Origin: Eledone cirrhosa
Taxonomy: Eukaryota
DNA: 64,000 nt
Reading direction: 5' to 3'
Assembly: GCA_964016885.1 (NCBI GenBank)
Contig: OZ024744.1
Span: 90,830,001-90,894,000, forward strand
Shown here: piece by piece, positions 63,728 to 64,000 of the stretch
Numbering within the stretch: position 1 is the stretch's first letter
Layout: every line of letters begins with the position of its first letter
Position numbers and translations under genes: made by a program
Notes under the pieces: model-generated
Seen by the model: the letters and a program-made list of their open reading frames with translations, nothing else
Database searches by the model: none
Told to the model about the DNA's origin: nothing

Positions 63728-63898
63728 ATTTATTTTATTAAGGCTAAATAGTGAATCTTGTTACTCTGGAGTTTCATCTGCTTCTCATGGGGTCATCAGA
63801 CAAAAACTAAACATTTTAGTTTTTCTCTGATGACCCTGTGATAAGCAGGTGAATCTCCAGAATAACAAGACTGACTATTTAGCCTTAATAAAATGAAT
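63728..63898. mobile_element. Palindromic element (arms of about 80 bp) with a degenerate hammerhead on each arm
   Basis: Arm consensus TTTTGT-CTGATGA-CCCTG TGATAAG CAGGT-GAAA-CTCCAGAGT-A-ACAAGA; CTGATGA at 63827-63833 (plus) and 63793-63799 (minus). Confidence 0.75.
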
Positions 63899-64000
63899 AT
63901 TTAAAATCTACGTCGGTATTAAGTACACTTTCTCTCTTGACCATCAACTACAAATGGATATACACTCTAAAGTGGTCATGTAGGTGTCATGACAAAAAGC

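Overview
Eukaryotic, AT-rich, repeat-saturated animal DNA with no intact host gene that I can recognise. The tRNA-derived SINE families, RTE LINEs with (GAT)n tails and very long microsatellites suggest an octopod cephalopod (inference). Contents: (1) one apparently intact, full-length Tx1/L1-clade LINE (ORF1 plus a 1145-aa ORF2) inserted in a (TCTG)n tract and followed by a 4.3-kb TC/TCTG array; (2) three near-full-length dead RTE LINEs plus truncated copies; (3) fossil Chapaev3, mariner, CRE and Vingi elements, piggyBac-type MITEs and a solo LTR; (4) about 30 SINE copies; (5) kilobase-scale simple repeats, which explain almost all long ORFs in the track. The most interesting layer is invisible to the ORF track. 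At least 8 sequence-divergent small non-coding elements carry type I hammerhead ribozyme cores (about 13 read by eye, some degenerate), nearly all embedded in (AT)n. Three are terminally redundant monomers (466, 422 and 314 bp) typical of retrozyme/circular-RNA templates. Two of these share an ATGCAAAT octamer and a TATA-like box at nearly the same spacing. Several elements sit as head-to-head palindromes, one folded back exactly on hammerhead stem II. One candidate host exon (47030-47180, minus) is hit by an unusual internal RTE fragment with a 29-bp duplication. Coordinates were counted by hand and ends may be off by a few bases.
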